Positions 48,479-61,743 are shown, numbered from the stretch's first letter. The stretch: DNA of 64,000 nt from Octopus bimaculoides (GCF_001194135.2 NC_068995.1:14228246-14292245); one strand, 5' to 3'. Notes: generated by a model not told the origin, from the letters alone. A program made the numbers and translations.

Positions 48479-50699
48479 CTTACTAGAGCCACCTACACAC
48501 TAAGGATTGGTAGTTGCAGATCATAACATTATTTAATATTCAGTCAGTTCAGTATGAAAAAAAGAGACGTGTGAAATAAGTTGTCTACATTATTGTTTTT
48601 CTTTTTCACATCTTCTGTATTTTTATTTAAATAAACACTAAAACTCAAACGTATGCCATATGTTTTATAAGCTGTTCTTGTTTACCTTGTCTAGTATGTC
48701 TGATATATATTATCATTACGAACCATTTTCTTTATATTTTAAGTTATTAGTCTTCAAAGGTTTTGACAAATTTCATGTACAATAATTGTGATTGGCCTAA
48801 CTGGTTGTTGAAATGGATAAATCAATTCAATTCTATTGTTTTATATGTTCAATCATTAATGACCTATTTGAATTATTTATCTTTCCTGTTCAGTAAATTT
48901 ATATATTTACCCTTATTATGGTAGTAGTTAGAGCATTGGTTGAAATTCTTTGCACTATTTATTGAAGCTTTTCATAGTTTGAGTTCAAATCCTGCTGTGG
49001 CCTACTTAATCTGTCACTTCGTTAAATACCACCATCACCAGGTACTTTGGGTGGCTTTAGCCAGAGTCTGCGACTCGAGACCTGGTTGTTATTTCTAGCA
49101 AGTCATGCAACCAGGCAGAAGCTCTCCTCTTGGTTTGTGCACTCTTCATTTTTATGTATTTGTAACCCATGTGATTACTCCAGTAAGGTTTCACCAAGAT
49201 ATACTTGTACAAATAATTTGTTTTGGACCCTAACCCTAACCCTAATCCATTTGGACCAAGTCTTTGGTTTGGCAACACCTTCCTTCCTCCCGATAAGTTT
49301 TGGACGCCCTGTAAAAGGTTATGTACACTGCATTTTTGACTGACAAAATAGTTTTCTGGGCCAAAAAATACCAACTTATCTATGTATACAAGCTACATTT
49401 CCTGAAGATCTGTAACTTGTTCCCAAGAGCAAAAAAACAAATTAAAGCCTTGTTTTTCTGCTCAAATTTAGAGAAGCCAACGACATCTGTTAATTTTTAT
49501 TCTATTTAAACCCCTGCACATCTTTTTAGGCTGGCAGATATAAATCTCCCTACTTCTTGGTTGAACAGTTTACTAAGTCTTAAGTCTCTGATACTTTAAA
49601 CAATGCTGTTTATTCAGACTTTTTAATAACTTGCATTGTTATCCTGTTGGTCATTCATGTTTGTGATGCTGTTATTTCTCTATTCCATTCATAATGAAAC
49701 AAACAATATAGTTTTTGTTTTTAGGAAACAAAAACTACTTTTTCAAGATGCATCAATTAAACCTAACCCATGCAATATCCGATGCTTAGCCTAGTCTGGC
49801 CTATCCTATATGTCGTTCTTGTTTATTAATTAGTGATGAAATTATTTCTACTAAAATATGTAAACCAGTTAACGAACCTTAGATGTTATTATCGTCATTA
49901 CAATCGTATAGATATCTTGTATTGAGCATCACCAGAATGATTGCTCTCTCTCCCTCAGAGAGAGAGACACACAGAGAAATCAGCTGAGAGAGATTGTTAG
50001 CCAGGTTTATATTCCTAAGATATGTATGAAATGATGGTTCCCCTATGGTTACATCAAGAGTTGAGGCTTCATGGAAGGAAGCAAATAGATATCTCATTCT
50101 TCACATCTTTTAAATATGAGGTTTTGTTGCTACATTACTAATATTATCTTGACCTATGCTTGAACTGACAGTCAAATCCTCTCTTATCAAACCCCACTGT
50201 CTTAAAAGCTGGTAAGATACATCGGTTAGTATGATCTTAGATATTTATCTGAATAAGTGATTATGGCTCAAATGCTTTTAATCATAGACTACATGGAGAT
50301 ATCCTAAGGTTAAAAACAGACGAAACAAAAACCCCGAAAGCAAACTATAATTAGGACGTGAGCATGTATGGAGAATTATTTAATGAAAATTGTATCTTAT
50401 CTAAATATACAGTATGGCTTTGAACAACTGTATTTAGAGCTGAATTGTGTAAGTTTATTTGGAGGTGCTGAGTGACGTCTTTCAGGAGATTGACACTTGC
50501 TGAGCAAAGCAGGCACAACCAAGTAATTGTCTGTTATATATTTGATGATAGTATGGGAATTGTCTTAATTTCTGAAATACATTCCAACCAATCCTAGTTG
50601 TTGAATTGGAGAGTCTTTTAAGAGTTCAGAGTGGAGAACTAGTTTTCTAATATTTTAGTCTTTGAAACAACAACAATAATAATAATAATAATAATACTA

Positions 50700-50916
50700 A
50701 TGGTTTCAAATTTTCGCATAAAGCCAGCTATTTTGGAGGAGGTGATAAGTCAATTAGATCAACCTTAGTGCTCAGCTGGTACTTATTTTATCAACTCTGA
50801 AAGGATGAAAAGCAAAGTCCACCTTGGCAAAGTATGAACTCAGAGTGTAAAGACAGACTAAATTCCACTAAGCATTTTACCTGGGGTGCTAACAATTTTG
50901 CCAACTCTTCACCTTA
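50700..50916 (-). mobile_element. SINE family A copy, CpG-decayed
   Basis: GGTTTCAAATTTT...CTGGTACTTATTTTATC...GAAAGGATGAAA...GAACTCAGA. Confidence 0.8.
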
Positions 50917-51377
50917 ATGATAGTAATAATAATAATGTCTCTTATATCTAGAGAGTTACCACTAAGCTGTTGCTTAGTTCTGAGCTCTATTAACTCTTTT
51001 GTTGCTATATTTCTGTTGGAACACATTGCTTTTATTTCGATCAATTTTGAATATAATAAAGGATTTAGTAAAATAAGTCACAATTAAACTGGTGTCTTGG
51101 AATATAAATTAGCACAAACTCTTGATGGAAAGTTCTAATTTGTATCACTTTTTTTTTTTTTTTTTAAAGAGGAAGTTTGTACTATAGAACCGGAAATGAT
51201 CTTGGGGGTGTTGGTATAAAGAACTAAGTAGACAGAAGCTGAATTCTCTCCAGGATAGAATCCTAGACTGTCGTAGGTAACTTCCCCAAGTGTCATTGTT
51301 TTTGTTTTCTATGTCTAACAAAACTAAGACAGTAAGCCCAAATGCTTTATTTTTTAAATGTCCTGCTTTTAATTTTT

Positions 51378-51870
51378 ATCCACTGTAAAGTGGTTGGCAT
51401 TAGGAAGGGCGTCCAGCTGTAGAAACTATGCCAAAGTTGATATTGGAGCCTGGTGCAGCTCTGGCCAGCATGGAAAATGAGTCAAGTAAAAGATATGATG
51501 CATGAAAGGCTTCTGTACAGTTTCCATCGACCAAATTTCACTCAAGGGATTAGTCAACCTGGGGTCATTAAGAAAAGACTTGACAAGATTCCACACAGTG
51601 GGACCAAACCCCAAACTACTTGGTTGTGAAATAAACCACCCATCCATACTTCCATATAGAAACATCTGTACCTGTATCTAATTGTCATTTTATGTCCATT
51701 TTCCATTTTCGCATGGGTTTGGACAGCTGGACACAAACTGACAAGGCCAGGGGCTGCATCAGGTTGCATAATCTGTTTTGGCTTGGTTTCTACAGCTGGA
51801 CACACTTCCTAACGCCAACCACTACGCAGAGTGTACTGGGTACTTTTTATGTGGCACCATCAGCAATCTT
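51378..51870. mobile_element. Family C copies in inverted arrangement (+ at about 51378-51480, - at about 51690-51870) around a SINE B head
   Basis: TTAGGAAGGGCGTCCAGCTGTAGAAAC and its reverse GTTTCTACAGCTGGA..CTTCCTAACGCCAACCAC. Confidence 0.7.
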
Positions 51871-52618
51871 CTATATTTAGCATTAAATTTTCAACCTTAA
51901 AAAAAAAAAAATCTGGCTCCTTTTGAGTTAAGAAATTAATTCTATACTAATTAATCCATTTTGGGGTTTCATAAAGTGTCAAGATCTTGCTAATGAATTT
52001 ATTTGATGTTTTGATAAATTCTTTCTTTTTTGAAATTTTGTTTTTTAATATACTTTCTGATGGTTGTCTTAATTGTAACAGCTGTTAGCATAGATAGCTT
52101 AACTTGTAAATCCTGTGAGGTGGAAGTGTTTAACTCCAGTTGAGCTGGACGCTCATCATTGATGTGTGATAGCAATCTTTAACTAACAGGCATTAGGAAA
52201 TATCTTGGGCTTTTTTTTTCCTTCATCCTCAGAACTTACTTAATCTAAGTTCAGCTCGGATTGAATTGACAGTCCAGTGAATCTTCTATAAGTAGTATCT
52301 TTTATCTCTAACATTATCATGTTTCAATTGTTGAACTAATGTCCATATTGGCGCAACAACTTGAAGTCTTGAGTCAAATAAATTTACACCAGCACCCATT
52401 TTTAAGTCTGGTATTTACTTTATAGACTTGATTTTTTTTTCTTCTGATATTTGGTTATTTCCAGCCATTTCAAGTGTCCACATTGAGGTTCCCCTTGTTA
52501 GCAGCTTTGACAAGGGTCAGTATAGATATAGCTTTAGTCTTGTATTAGTACTGAGTGAGCAAATCCTATTAGCAAGGTTATGCAAGCCATGATCAACATA
52601 TATTTTTCCTATGTGCAG

Positions 52619-52651
52619 AGAACTCCTGATTGCATGCTCCAATAAAGACAA
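52619..52651 (+). CDS. Candidate 33-nt exon (ELLIACSNKD); product unknown
   Basis: Acceptor TTTTTCCTATGTGCAG, donor AA|GTATGT, only one frame open. Confidence 0.3.
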
Positions 52652-55600
52652 GTATGTGTTGAGGGGGTGGGGGGATAAGGCTTCAGTTTGTGTACTGCAA
52701 AAAAAAAAAAGATTCTTAGATTATTGAAAAAGCAGTCTTCTTGTGTTGAGACTATCAATGAGTATGGTTGGTCATTGACTGTGAGTTTGCATGGAGGTGG
52801 TAGCAGTATGTCAGCAGGGTGTGTAATCGCTTTAAAGCCGAGACAGCCATATTGTCATCATTTTGACTGTTTTTCCTTGCTCCCAGGGGCTGGAAGGAAA
52901 ATCATGTACTGAAGTTTTGTTTTAATTTAATTATTTTTCTTCTTTGATTGCTAATACTTCTGTGGCTATAAATTTTAATCCTATTTAAAATATATACCAA
53001 ACAAACATCAAAAAGCTAAATATTGTATAAAAAAAAAATATGTAAATATATATTTTATAGTTCTTTTATTTTTGCTTTTTTTTCTGCCTTTTTCCCTGAA
53101 ATTTGATTTGATGTAATTTATTATNNNNNNNNNNNNNNNNNNNNNNNNNNNNNNNNNNNNNNNNNNNNNNNNNNNNNNNNNNNNNNNNNNNNNNNNNNNN
53201 NNNNNNNNNNNNNNNNNNNNNNNNNNNNNNNNNNNNNNNNNNNNNNNNNNNNNNNNNNNNNNNNNNNNNNNNNNNNNNNNNNNNNNNNNNNNNNNNNNNN
53301 NNNNNNNNNNNNNNNNNNNNNNNNNNNNNNNNNNNNNNNNNNNNNNNNNNNNNNNNNNNNNNNNNNNNNNNNNNNNNNNNNNNNNNNNNNNNNNNNNNNN
53401 NNNNNNNNNNNNNNNNNNNATATATATATATATATATAATGTGCGTACATAAAATATTAATTCATCTTTCATTTTATCATCTGCTTCCTATCAAATCCAA
53501 ATAACTTTGTAATCAGCTAGAAATTTTATAATATACTACCACTTATGTTAATATGCTTTTACTATTTTTTTACTGTACAAACCACCACTATATTGGAGGC
53601 CAAGTAAAACGAGTTTTTTAAAAAAATTTTTAGCATGAGCAATGTAAATGGTGTTAGGTGATTCCAGCCAGAGACCTAGTAGGGTATATCATACTTTACA
53701 TACTTGCCACTTGTATGAGTTAATAAAAGAACCTTTATGGCAGAATTCTCAACTAGTGAGGATATCCCTCTGAGGCCATCTTAAACATTATAGACCCCCA
53801 GGCAAATCAATGCATTGGGCTTTATTTTATTGATGGTAAACCACAGCATACAGATAAGAATTGGACCTCTCTAGACCTGAGAGGCCTCTGGATAACTGCC
53901 CAACGAACCTATACCTTAAAACAGCTCTTCCTCCATCCTGTGGAAATGAGCACCAAAGTTTAGGGCTCCGAGACTTGAGCTATAGTATTACTTCCTGTAA
54001 ATAAATAACATTGTGATATTTTTTCTTGTTATGTTCTTGATTATTCCTATATAGTGTAAAACCAAACTATTGGCATATCTTTAAAATCATTCTATTTCAA
54101 AGACTGATTTCACTAGTCTTGTAAAACAGGTAAAGGAGCCTTAGTCCTTTAGAGACCTGTAATATCCACAATCTTGAATCTCAGTTCCTTGTGGTTTTGA
54201 AAACTTTAGTACTTTTATGTGAACTACCTTCTGGTGAAATAACAGCCAAGTTTCTATTGTCACATCCTACATTCTTAAAGAACATATGATGCATTCCTGC
54301 ATCATTATATTCATTCATTTTTCTATGCTGTCATGGGTTGGATGGTTGTCGCAGTCTGCTGGTTCTTATTTGGAGTTACTGTCCTCTTAGAGTGTTGACC
54401 TGCAATGTAGCTTGCGGAGTCCATGGCTTAATTGACATTCCATTAAAATTTTTTTTCTTTTGTATTGTATTTGTCTGGGTGCATTGTATTTGTACCACTA
54501 GCATTAGATGTTAGATATCCAGTGCAGGCCAGACAAAAGAGGCACCCTCCCCTCTATATTGGAACTGTTCTTACTCAGTCATTGACCTTTTGGATGAGTA
54601 GACTGCAATGTAGCTGGCAAGATACGTTTTGCTCATATACTGCATACCCTTAAAGGTAGTATTTCCATGGGTGGAATTCCTTTTAATTATAGATCTACGC
54701 ACTAGCAACAACACTGCCTCATTTTTACTCTTCTGACAGACAAGTTCTGATTATGTCTCTCAACAAAATGATCTGTAGTAGGACGGTCAAACAGCTGTCA
54801 AAACAATATGCACAATTGCACTAGCAAAACATTTTTTCCACCCATACCAGCGCCAAGAGAGATGAATGTCAACACAGCTAAAAGAAAGTTATTCTTTTAA
54901 GTTTTAAACTTCAGAATGTACATTGCTTCTCTTTTTTTTTTATATATTTTATTTTGCTTTCTTATGAAACCCAGAAACATCATTATAATTTTGTGTGTAG
55001 GTGTTTAAGTACGCCTTTGTGTGTGCTGTCTATCCTGGCAATTATATTCACTGAAATTGTTTAAGGTTGTGCTGTAATCTAAAAACTGACCACACCTATG
55101 CTAGACATTTCTTTCTTTTTCTTTTTTTCTCAAGTATTATTCATAATAGTGAAACTGTTAGCTTCTACTTGAATCACTTCTATACATTTGCCCCCCCCCC
55201 CAACACGCGCGCGCGCGCGAAATATCAGAGCCAACTCTTTGTACTTAAACCCACAGAATGTAAGGATAAAGATTAAAACCATATATTTGAAAGAAGGTAC
55301 ATACTGCTTGTATGTACCATCTTTCCAGCTGTCTCTTATAAAAATCTGATATGTTAGCTGCATTCATTTATATATCTTAGGGATACTTTGCATTCAAGAA
55401 ATGCCACTGTCGTACGTATGCATGGGTGCAGCATAAGATAGTAAGTTCATTTCTCAAACTGGGCTGTACACTGGGCCCTGGTACAAGAAATTTTGTTTCC
55501 TATCACTTCTGTCTGCTCAACTGCAAAGGAGTACCAAGGGAATGCTGATGCAGTCCCCCACCTCTCTCTCCAGTTGTCATATCCTTGGTGTTCTGAGTCA

Positions 55601-55765
55601 AGGATGGAAAAGCAGAGTGTGTCTGTCATTACCAGGAAAGACATTTTTTGTTGACTAATTTCATTAACACAAATTAGCACAACACTAACACATTTAAAAA
55701 AAATTCTTTCTGGGTACTGGCTGCTTGACGGTTCTAGTTATTTGAGTTCTGGAGCTCTTTTATAG

Positions 55766-55808
55766 CTATTGATCAGCAGAAACTTCACAACATTATTCGA
55801 GTTATAAG
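55766..55808 (+). CDS. Candidate 43-nt exon (IDQQKLHNIIRVI); product unknown
   Basis: Acceptor CTCTTTTATAG, donor AG|GTATGG, only one frame open. Confidence 0.3.
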
Positions 55809-56555
55809 GTATGGACACTTTAGTATGATCAGTCTCAAGCAGGATGGTATTAAAAAAAAGGATTAATCAACTCAAGGCTCTTTTTAACTTCAGGAGGAAA
55901 AGTTTGAAAACAATTTCGTTCTGCTTTGCTAAGATTTTCTTGGCACCTCTGACTCCTCTTTATATAATTGATTGTGGTCTACAGATCTCATAAAGCATAT
56001 GCATATGCTTGTACACTGAGTAGGCCTATGTGTTGTAACTGGTTTATATTAAAGAATAAAGACATTGTGAATCGGAGTCAGTTGGTATAGTTTAACTGAC
56101 TCCAGCTACCCCATAATTGTTTCTGACTCCAACTCCATGACTGACTCCACAGTGCAGGGGCTTGATTTGACTAAAATTCCTCAAGATGGTGCCCCAGCAT
56201 GGCCTCAGTCTAATGATTGAGACAAGTAAAAGATAAAAGAGCTTGAAGTCATTTGCTCATTGTGCCATATGGTAGGATTGAAACTGGGACTTCATCATTG
56301 CAAAGTGTATTTCTTAGCCATTGCCTATCTATTCATTTCCTATAGAAACTAATCTTATTCCTGCTTTAAGTGTTATATGACTATTGAGGACTTCTGAGGC
56401 ATTCATTACCAAATGGTGTGTGTGTGTGCATTTATGAGGGGAAACTAAACCTCAAATGTATGTAAAAATAGCAATTTTGAAAGCAACTGATTTGAAATTT
56501 ACATTTTTCCTGCCATACATGCCATTCACATGCTAGTTTCTTTTCTTTCTTTCTT

Positions 56556-56608
<53 letters not shown>

Positions 56609-57025
56609 GAACATTTTACACATGAATTTTTATAACTTCATTATTCAACTTAAATGCTCGTTGACCTTTCTGCCCAGTATTGTATATTCAAGGTGGGTCT
56701 GGATCTGCTTTGTTCATTGATGTTGGAAGGACGAGTAGTCTTAACGGTTTATTCCTGAATGTGTTTCGTTTTACTAAGCTTAAGCACTCTGTGTATGCCT
56801 ACCCATTTATGTAATTCTTCCATTGAATGTGTGTTTCTGTGTCTGTTCAGCCAGTTTTACTAAATCTTCAATTTATTTTGCCCTTTTATTTTTGTCTTCC
56901 TGAAAATAAATGTCATGTGTCTAGCCATTCTGATTTCATTCTGGTAGCAGTGAGTAGTTATAGTGTTTACCCATAAAGCTACAGTCACATGTACATTATC
57001 ATTAGTATTATTATTGTCATCATTA

Positions 57026-57376
57026 AGGTGGTATGCTGACAGAATTGTTACTGACTCATGTTCTGAGTTCAAATTCCACCAGGGAAGATAAAATAAGCAC
57101 CTGTCAAATACTGAAGTCAGTGAACAACCCCCCCTCCCCTCAAAATTCCTGGCCTTGTACTGGAATTAGAATTATTCAAGTAGCAAGCTGGTGGAATTGT
57201 TAGCACATGGCATTTCTTCTGACTTAACGTTCTGAGTTCAAATTCTCCCTGGGTCAGCTTTGTCTTTCATCGCTCTGGGGTTCATAAAATAAATACCAGC
57301 CAGGTATTGGGCTCAAAATAAATTGACTTGTCTCCTTCCCTTCAAAATTCCTGGCCTTGTATTAAAATTAGTACTA
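57026..57376 (+). mobile_element. Two tandem SINE family A copies
   Basis: TTCTGAGTTCAAATTC and CAAAATTCCTGGCCTTGTA each occur twice. Confidence 0.8.
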
Positions 57377-57480
57377 TTATTATTAAAGAGGCGATGGAAT
57401 GATAGAAACGATGAAGTGCTGGGGTTTCATCTTTCTATACTCATTACGATTGTTGTTCATCCCCCCCCCCNNNNNNNNNN

Positions 57481-57512
<32 letters not shown>

Positions 57513-57942
57513 CGCACACACCATCGCGTCATCTGCTTGTGTTTAATTCAATCATGTCCTTCCCTATTCCACTTCAAATTTGGCTTCATGCCTATGTGAG
57601 AAACTTTCTTTTCATCTGACTCATATATTTTTAATCTTCCTTTTTAGTAACCATAATTTTCTGCTATTCACATAATTTTAGAAGTAATTATTCCTAATTT
57701 ATTAGGTGAACATTTTAGTTATTTTCCTGTTTTATTTATTTTTTTTGTTTTATCATTATTTTAGTTTTTGAGTTCAACCAGTTTTTCTTCTTCATTGATA
57801 AAACCTTGTTATCCAAGACCTAGAGGGAGCATGGGAATGAAAATGAGGTACTTTGAAGTACTGTTTCTCTTTATAGTTGTCTTTTTATTACAATCCTTTT
57901 TGTCACGAACAGGATATAAAACCTATAAGGTCATAGTACATT

Positions 57943-58135
57943 CGTTTCAAATTTTAGCACAAGGCCAGCAGTTTCAGGGAAGGGGTTACATTGACCTTAT
58001 TGCTGAACTCCTTATTTTATCAACCCCGAAAGGATAAAGGCAAAATGACTGATGGGATTTGAACACTGTATGTAAAATCATACAAAATGCCATTAAGCAT
58101 TTTGCTTTGTGTTCTTACTGTTCTGTCAGTTCACT
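57943..58135 (-). mobile_element. SINE family A copy; further - fragments at about 58740-59010
   Basis: TTTCAAATTTTAGCACAAGGCCAGCA...CCCCGAAAGGAT..AGGCAAA. Confidence 0.75.
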
Positions 58136-58164
58136 GCATTAGTTCACAGTATATTGGCATGTAC

Positions 58165-58270
58165 AATGCCTAGTCATTCCTTTTTCAGAATGCTCTCCCT
58201 CTGGAATTCCTTCTCTTCTCATGTCTCCCCTGCATCCCTCAGTTCAAGAGGAACATTAGTTGCATGTCTT
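58165..58270 (+). mobile_element. CR1/L2-like LINE 3'-end fragment
   Basis: HSFFRMLSLWNSFSSHVSPAS, then KRNISC by frameshift, resembling the CR1/L2 SFFP...LWN.LP....FKR terminus. Confidence 0.55.
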
Positions 58271-58665
58271 AGAGGCCTTGCAAAGCCTATGGACATAGCT
58301 CCTTCCGTTCAACTGAACCATGAGGGTAGGGTTGCTGATCTTAAGCATAGAGCTGGCTGTGCAGTTATGAAATTTGCTTTCCAGTCATGTTGTATTGAGT
58401 TCAGTCCTATTGCAAAGCACCTTGGTTAAATATCTGTATTTCATAGCCCCGAGTCAAATAATGCCTTCAGTGAATTTAATGAACCGAAACTGTGCATCAT
58501 CATTTGATGCTGGTGGGTTATCTGTCTTTCTCATTTCTTCATAACTGCCTTTGGTTTCTTTACATCCTTGTAATCTAGTGGTTCAGCAAAAGGTGATTGA
58601 TAGAATAAGTACCATACAACTGTCTAACACATCAAGACGTGTTTATCAAATATGTTTATTGCTTA

Positions 58666-58717
58666 GACTGTGCTTTGCTGATGAGGTTCAAGACAGAAAC
58701 AAGTCTGGAGTTGTCAC
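58666..58717 (+). ncRNA. Hammerhead-like motif (family member, core intact)
   Basis: GACTGTGCTTTG-CTGATGA-GGTTCAAGACA-GAAACAAGTC-TGGAG-TTGTCAC. Stem I CTTTG/TGGAG pairs with three G-U wobbles. Confidence 0.6.
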
Positions 58718-59019
58718 TGTACCTTCTCAAAAACACTCACTTTTCATGATGAAAGGCAGTCAACCTTGGCAGAGTTTGAACTCTGAACATACAGATGAAA
58801 TGTTGCTAAGCATTTTTCTCAGTGTGCTAACAACTCTGCTAGATTGCTGCCATGATGATAATGGTTTCAAATTTTTGCCACAAGGGCAGCAAGTTCATTG
58901 AGTAAGTTGATTACATCAACCCCAGTACTTAAATGGTACTTATTTTATTGACCCCCTAAAGGATGAAAGGTGAAGTTGACTCTGGCAGCATTTAAACTCG
59001 GAACATAAAGCCAGGTGAA

Positions 59020-59440
59020 ATGATAATAGTAATAGTAATAATAATAATAGTAATAGTAATAATAGTAATAATAGTAATAATAGTAATAGTAATAATAGTG
59101 ATAGTAATAATAGTGATAGTAATAATAGTGATAGTAATAATAGTGATAGTAATAATAGTGATAGTAATAATAGTGATAGTAATAATAGTGATAGTAATAA
59201 TAGTGATAGTAATAATAGTGATAGTAATAATAGTGATAGTAATAATAGTGATAGTAATAATAGTGATAGTAATAATAGTGATAGTAATAATAGTGATAGT
59301 AATAATAGTGATAGTAATAATAGTGATAGTAATAATAGTGATAGTAATAATAGTAATAATAGTAATAATAGTAATAATAGTAATAATAGTAATAATAGTA
59401 ATAATAGTAATAATAGTAATAATAGTAATAATAATAATAA
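59020..59440. repeat. Compound AAT-derived satellite: 15-mer ATAGTAATAATAGTG x17 (59086-59340) and 9-mer ATAGTAATA x10 (59341-59430)
   Basis: Counted directly. Confidence 0.95.
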
Positions 59441-60029
59441 CTACTTCTGGGCAGATCAATCTAAAACGACTTATCTAAGAGTCATTATTGTATTAATATT
59501 AAATTTTTTTTCACTTTTTTTATCCTTTGCACTATACTATGCACAGATCATTCAAACAAAAAAGAATTCGAAAATGGCCAAACCAGTCAAGTGGCTCATG
59601 GACTTTCGATTGTCACACACACACACACACACAGGAAATTCCAGATCCACTGAGGTGTCTCTGGTTCAGCCAAATCCCACACTCGATCTGTTAGATATTT
59701 CTACTTCCTCTCTGTACTCTGAGCCCCTTTGACACATTTTCTGATGGTTCCTGCTTCGTATTTGACATTAGTGGAATATTTACCAGTCTTTCCTTGTAAT
59801 TTAAGAGTTGAAAAGTTCATGTACCATTTTATTTCTTTTTTTGTCCTTTTTATTTTTTCTTGAAGAACCAAGGCTTTGGGTAATGCAAGAAATTTGTTTT
59901 CCATTTTGATTTAATCTTAGTTTGTTGTTTTACTGAGATTATTAAACTTGTCACAGTTTGTTGTTTCTTAGCACCTAGATATGAATATTTGATATCTGCC
60001 AGTATCTGAAACTAAATATTGGAATATCT

Positions 60030-60410
60030 TTATTCTTTTACTTATTTCAGTCATTTTACTGTAGCCATGCTGGAGCACCACCTTTTAAAGGTTTTTAGTT
60101 GAATTAGCCCCTCCCCCCAACCATCCTAGGACTTTTTTTTTAAGCCTAGCACTTATTCTGTCGTTCTTTTGCTGAACTGCTAAGTTACATGGATGTAATC
60201 ACACCAACACTGATTGTCAGGTGGTGATGGTGGGACACACTCGCACTTGTACTCGCACAAATGACGGACTTCTCTCAATTTCTGTCTGCCATATCCTATT
60301 CACAAGGCTTTCGTTGGTTGGTTGGCCTGAGGTACCAACCAGCCTTGTCCAAGGTCCTGCACAATGGTATTGAACCAGGAACCATGTGACTAGGGAAGTG
60401 AACTACTTGC
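60030..60410 (-). mobile_element. SINE family B copy, diverged
   Basis: TTTCAGTCATTT..TGTAGCCATGCTGGAGCACC...CACAAGGCTTT...GAACC..AACCATGTG. Confidence 0.8.
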
Positions 60411-60492
60411 CATGTCTGTGCCTGATTGAAACAAAAGATAAAAGATGTACGTAAGTGGCCTAACCAACTTCAACCATGATGTGCACATGCGT

Positions 60493-60534
<42 letters not shown>

Positions 60535-60807
60535 AGTTTTATTTAGACTAGTAGGCTTTATAAACCTGGCCTTTTAGTTTCTAATGCAGTGTTTCAACAG
60601 TCTTAACTGACATCAAAGCTTGAGAAACTGCTAATTCATCATCCATGGCTCGAGCACAACCTCTAACTTTGTGTTTGGGTTCATTTCAGTGCATTCAGAG
60701 TGTATACGTACACCTTTTTAGACTTACACATATCTCTTTATATTATCAAATTGTAGTTAACCAGTCGTGCTTTATTCTTCCACTTTCATTTCTTTATTAT
60801 TACAAGA

Positions 60808-60893
<86 letters not shown>

Positions 60894-61439
60894 ATATATA
60901 TAAATACTTTCTTTTTATATTACCACCCACGATATTATAATATTAGCTAATATTAAGCAATTACACTAATATTAATTAATATCAAGGTGGGTTGTTGGTT
61001 TATTTATTTTTAATTTTCTGTTTATTTTTTTTCTTTGCAAATAAAATTTTATTTCCTTTCCATGTCTTTTAAATAGGAGTGGACTTCATGCAATTGATTT
61101 TATTTATTTATTTTCTTTCTTTTTTTTTTTCGTTTCCTCTGTGTACATTCCTTGTCAAAATTGATCTAAAACAAGACTAAACTGTTCATATCTAATCTCT
61201 GCCCATCCACCCCCACGCCCACCCCCAACTACTTTATAACTCATCCCCTATATCAAATTTCTTCTGCTGCTACTACCACCTAAGGATAATACTGTGCAAA
61301 GTCTTGCTTTCTTAACACTGGACAGATGAAATCTTACCTTATATGGAATTTCTGCCAGGGGTGAGACTCAGGGTGGGCAGAATAAATAAAACCTAAGCTA
61401 GCAGCAGACTAAGTTGGTGTCTGAACTATTTTTGTTTCT

Positions 61440-61743
61440 TTTTTTGGTTTTGTTTTTTCTTTTCTTTTTCTGTTTCTCTCTCTCTCCCCCTCTCTCTCTC
61501 TCTCTCTTCTGTTCACTGTTCACTCTCTCTCTATTCTTTTCATTTTACTCTTTTTTCTCTTCATGTCTCTCTCTCTTTCTATCTCTTTTCACATTTGTCT
61601 GTCTCTCTCTCTTTTCACATTTCTGTCTCTCTTTTCACATTTGTCTCTCTATTCGCATTTGTCTCTCTGTCTCCACTTTTCTCCCTCTCTCTCTTTCTCC
61701 CTCACTCTTTCTCCTCTCTTTTCTCTCTCTCTCTTTTCACTTT

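Noticed and set aside
58992-59478. 155-aa Ile/Thr and 152-aa Ile/Val ORFs
   Set aside because: Stop-free translations of the 15-bp/9-bp satellite.
59547-59732. Possible terminal exon after a strong acceptor (also the acceptor at about 61976)
   Set aside because: Contains a CA microsatellite, all frames end in stops, and there is no homology; unsupported without RNA data.
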